Source: Podarcis erhardii
Lineage: Eukaryota
Assembly: GCA_964252035.1 (NCBI GenBank)
Contig: OZ176208.1
Length of the DNA stretch: 64,000 bases
Reading direction: 5' to 3' (one strand)
The notes beneath the pieces are model-generated. The model searched no databases. It saw only the letters and a program-made list of their open reading frames with translations, and was not told the DNA's origin. A program made the translations under genes and the position numbers. Shown piece after piece: positions 62,667 to 64,000 of the stretch. Each line of letters begins with the position of its first letter. The stretch's first letter is position 1.

Positions 62667-64000
62667 CTTTGTTAACTGGTACAGGATCAGTGGACAGCAG
62701 GAAGCCTTTTTAGAAAGTTACCTTTCACTGCAAAAAAAAAGCTAAAATAAAAGCAGCTAGTGCATGGGGAAGAAGACAAACTGTCCTACAGTTGCTAAAA
62801 GAAGCCTTCAAGAAAGGAAGGTGATTATAGAGCCTTCTAGAAAAGACGCCCACTTGCTGAAGCAGTTTGAGGAGAGTAATATTAAATTTTACATCTATTG
62901 TTAAAATGACATTACCATGCGTGACTGTAAGATGCACGACTTGGGAAAAGAGGTAACTAACTTTAAAACAGATGTGTCTGTGTGGAGGAGGGGTGGGATG
63001 GGAAGAGTTATATATTCCTCTGTGTCCCCAGCTTGCTAACTTTCTCTCCTGGCGATGCTGTAATTTGTAATTCATGCGAGGAAGTAAGATGCTGGACTAT
63101 GCAGATGAAATCAACAGCACTGACAAAATTACCAGTACTGAGAAAACTGTGTTGCATGAACATTATAGAACAGACGAAGCTTCTGACTTAGAGCATCAGG
63201 CCATTTGTCCAGCTCTGGTCAGTGTGGTTTGGAAGCAGCTCTCCAGGATTCCCAAACCTACCTGGAGATGCCAGGGATTCTTTACCACTGAGCTACACCT
63301 CTTCCCCTTCGAGGGCATGTGCTCCACTAATGGCAGGGTGGAGGGAATGGCTGAATCTTTAGCTGCAGTTTTGGTTGTCAGGTTGTAACCTGGAGACTGG
63401 AGTCATACTGTGGTCTTCCCACTGAAGCAGGAGTTTCAGTACTACAGATCTTCCCGCTGGTTTCCCCAAAACTCCCCCAGCAGTGATTGGCTCCTAGGTG
63501 GGAGGCTGGAACGTGAGAGAGAGAGAGAGTTAAACTGGTTTCCAAGTGAGAGGTGGAATTCTAGAAAGCTGCATCTGTGTTGAGATTATGAATGCAGCTC
63601 ACGAGCCTACGTCCACTCTGATTGGCAGGTATTTCGTGATTTTGCTATTTTGTGTTGTATTGATTGACATTGTGTTTGTTATATTTTTATTCTATCTTCC
63701 ATTCATCACATGCCCTTCACTGCTTTGAAGGGGCAGATGGGGCTCGTCAACCTTCTAGGAGAAGGAAAATTCTGATCCTAAACCCCCGCTGCCCTGCAGG
63801 ATATCTTCAGAAAAATAAAAGACTAAGGAGTAAACCCTACACAAATCTGGAGCCGGATACCCTAAGACGGTTGGATGCTGTCTTGTATGCCTCCTTCCAG
63901 CAACACCTGCAGCCAGGTTGGTGCCAAATGTATTGCTCTGCTTTCCTTTGGATCTCATCAGTGAGGCCATGATGGGGTTGTTTCATCCAGGCAGCCCAGG

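Noticed and set aside
62725-63388. ORFs of 69-116 aa on both strands
   Set aside because: No coherent exon structure or recognisable product.

Overview
Vertebrate genomic DNA, very likely from a squamate reptile (lacertid-like). This is inferred from the repeat content: Sauria SINEs with (ACCTTT)n tails, RTE-BovB, Squam3/Squam2-like SINEs, CR1 with (ATTCTATG)n tails, L2 with (TAA)n tails, and Tigger- and hAT-type MITEs. No host protein-coding gene could be identified. Every ORF that resembles a known protein belongs to a transposable element (CR1, L2, L1, BovB, Tc1). The window reads as a large intron or intergenic region dense in TEs, with one 133-N assembly gap. The most notable observations are: (1) a TSD-flanked chimeric Sauria SINE (8741-9791) carrying about 650 bp of genomic DNA copied, inverted, from about 34 kb away (42771-43414); (2) a minus-strand TATA + NF-kB promoter-like module with a candidate first exon near 12.1 kb; (3) a short tRNA-head/CR1-tail SINE-like chimera at 56.3 kb; (4) a solo LTR with an expanded 38-bp minisatellite; (5) a stack of nested insertions at 55.5-56.2 kb. 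All alignments and counts were made by eye; no database searches were run.
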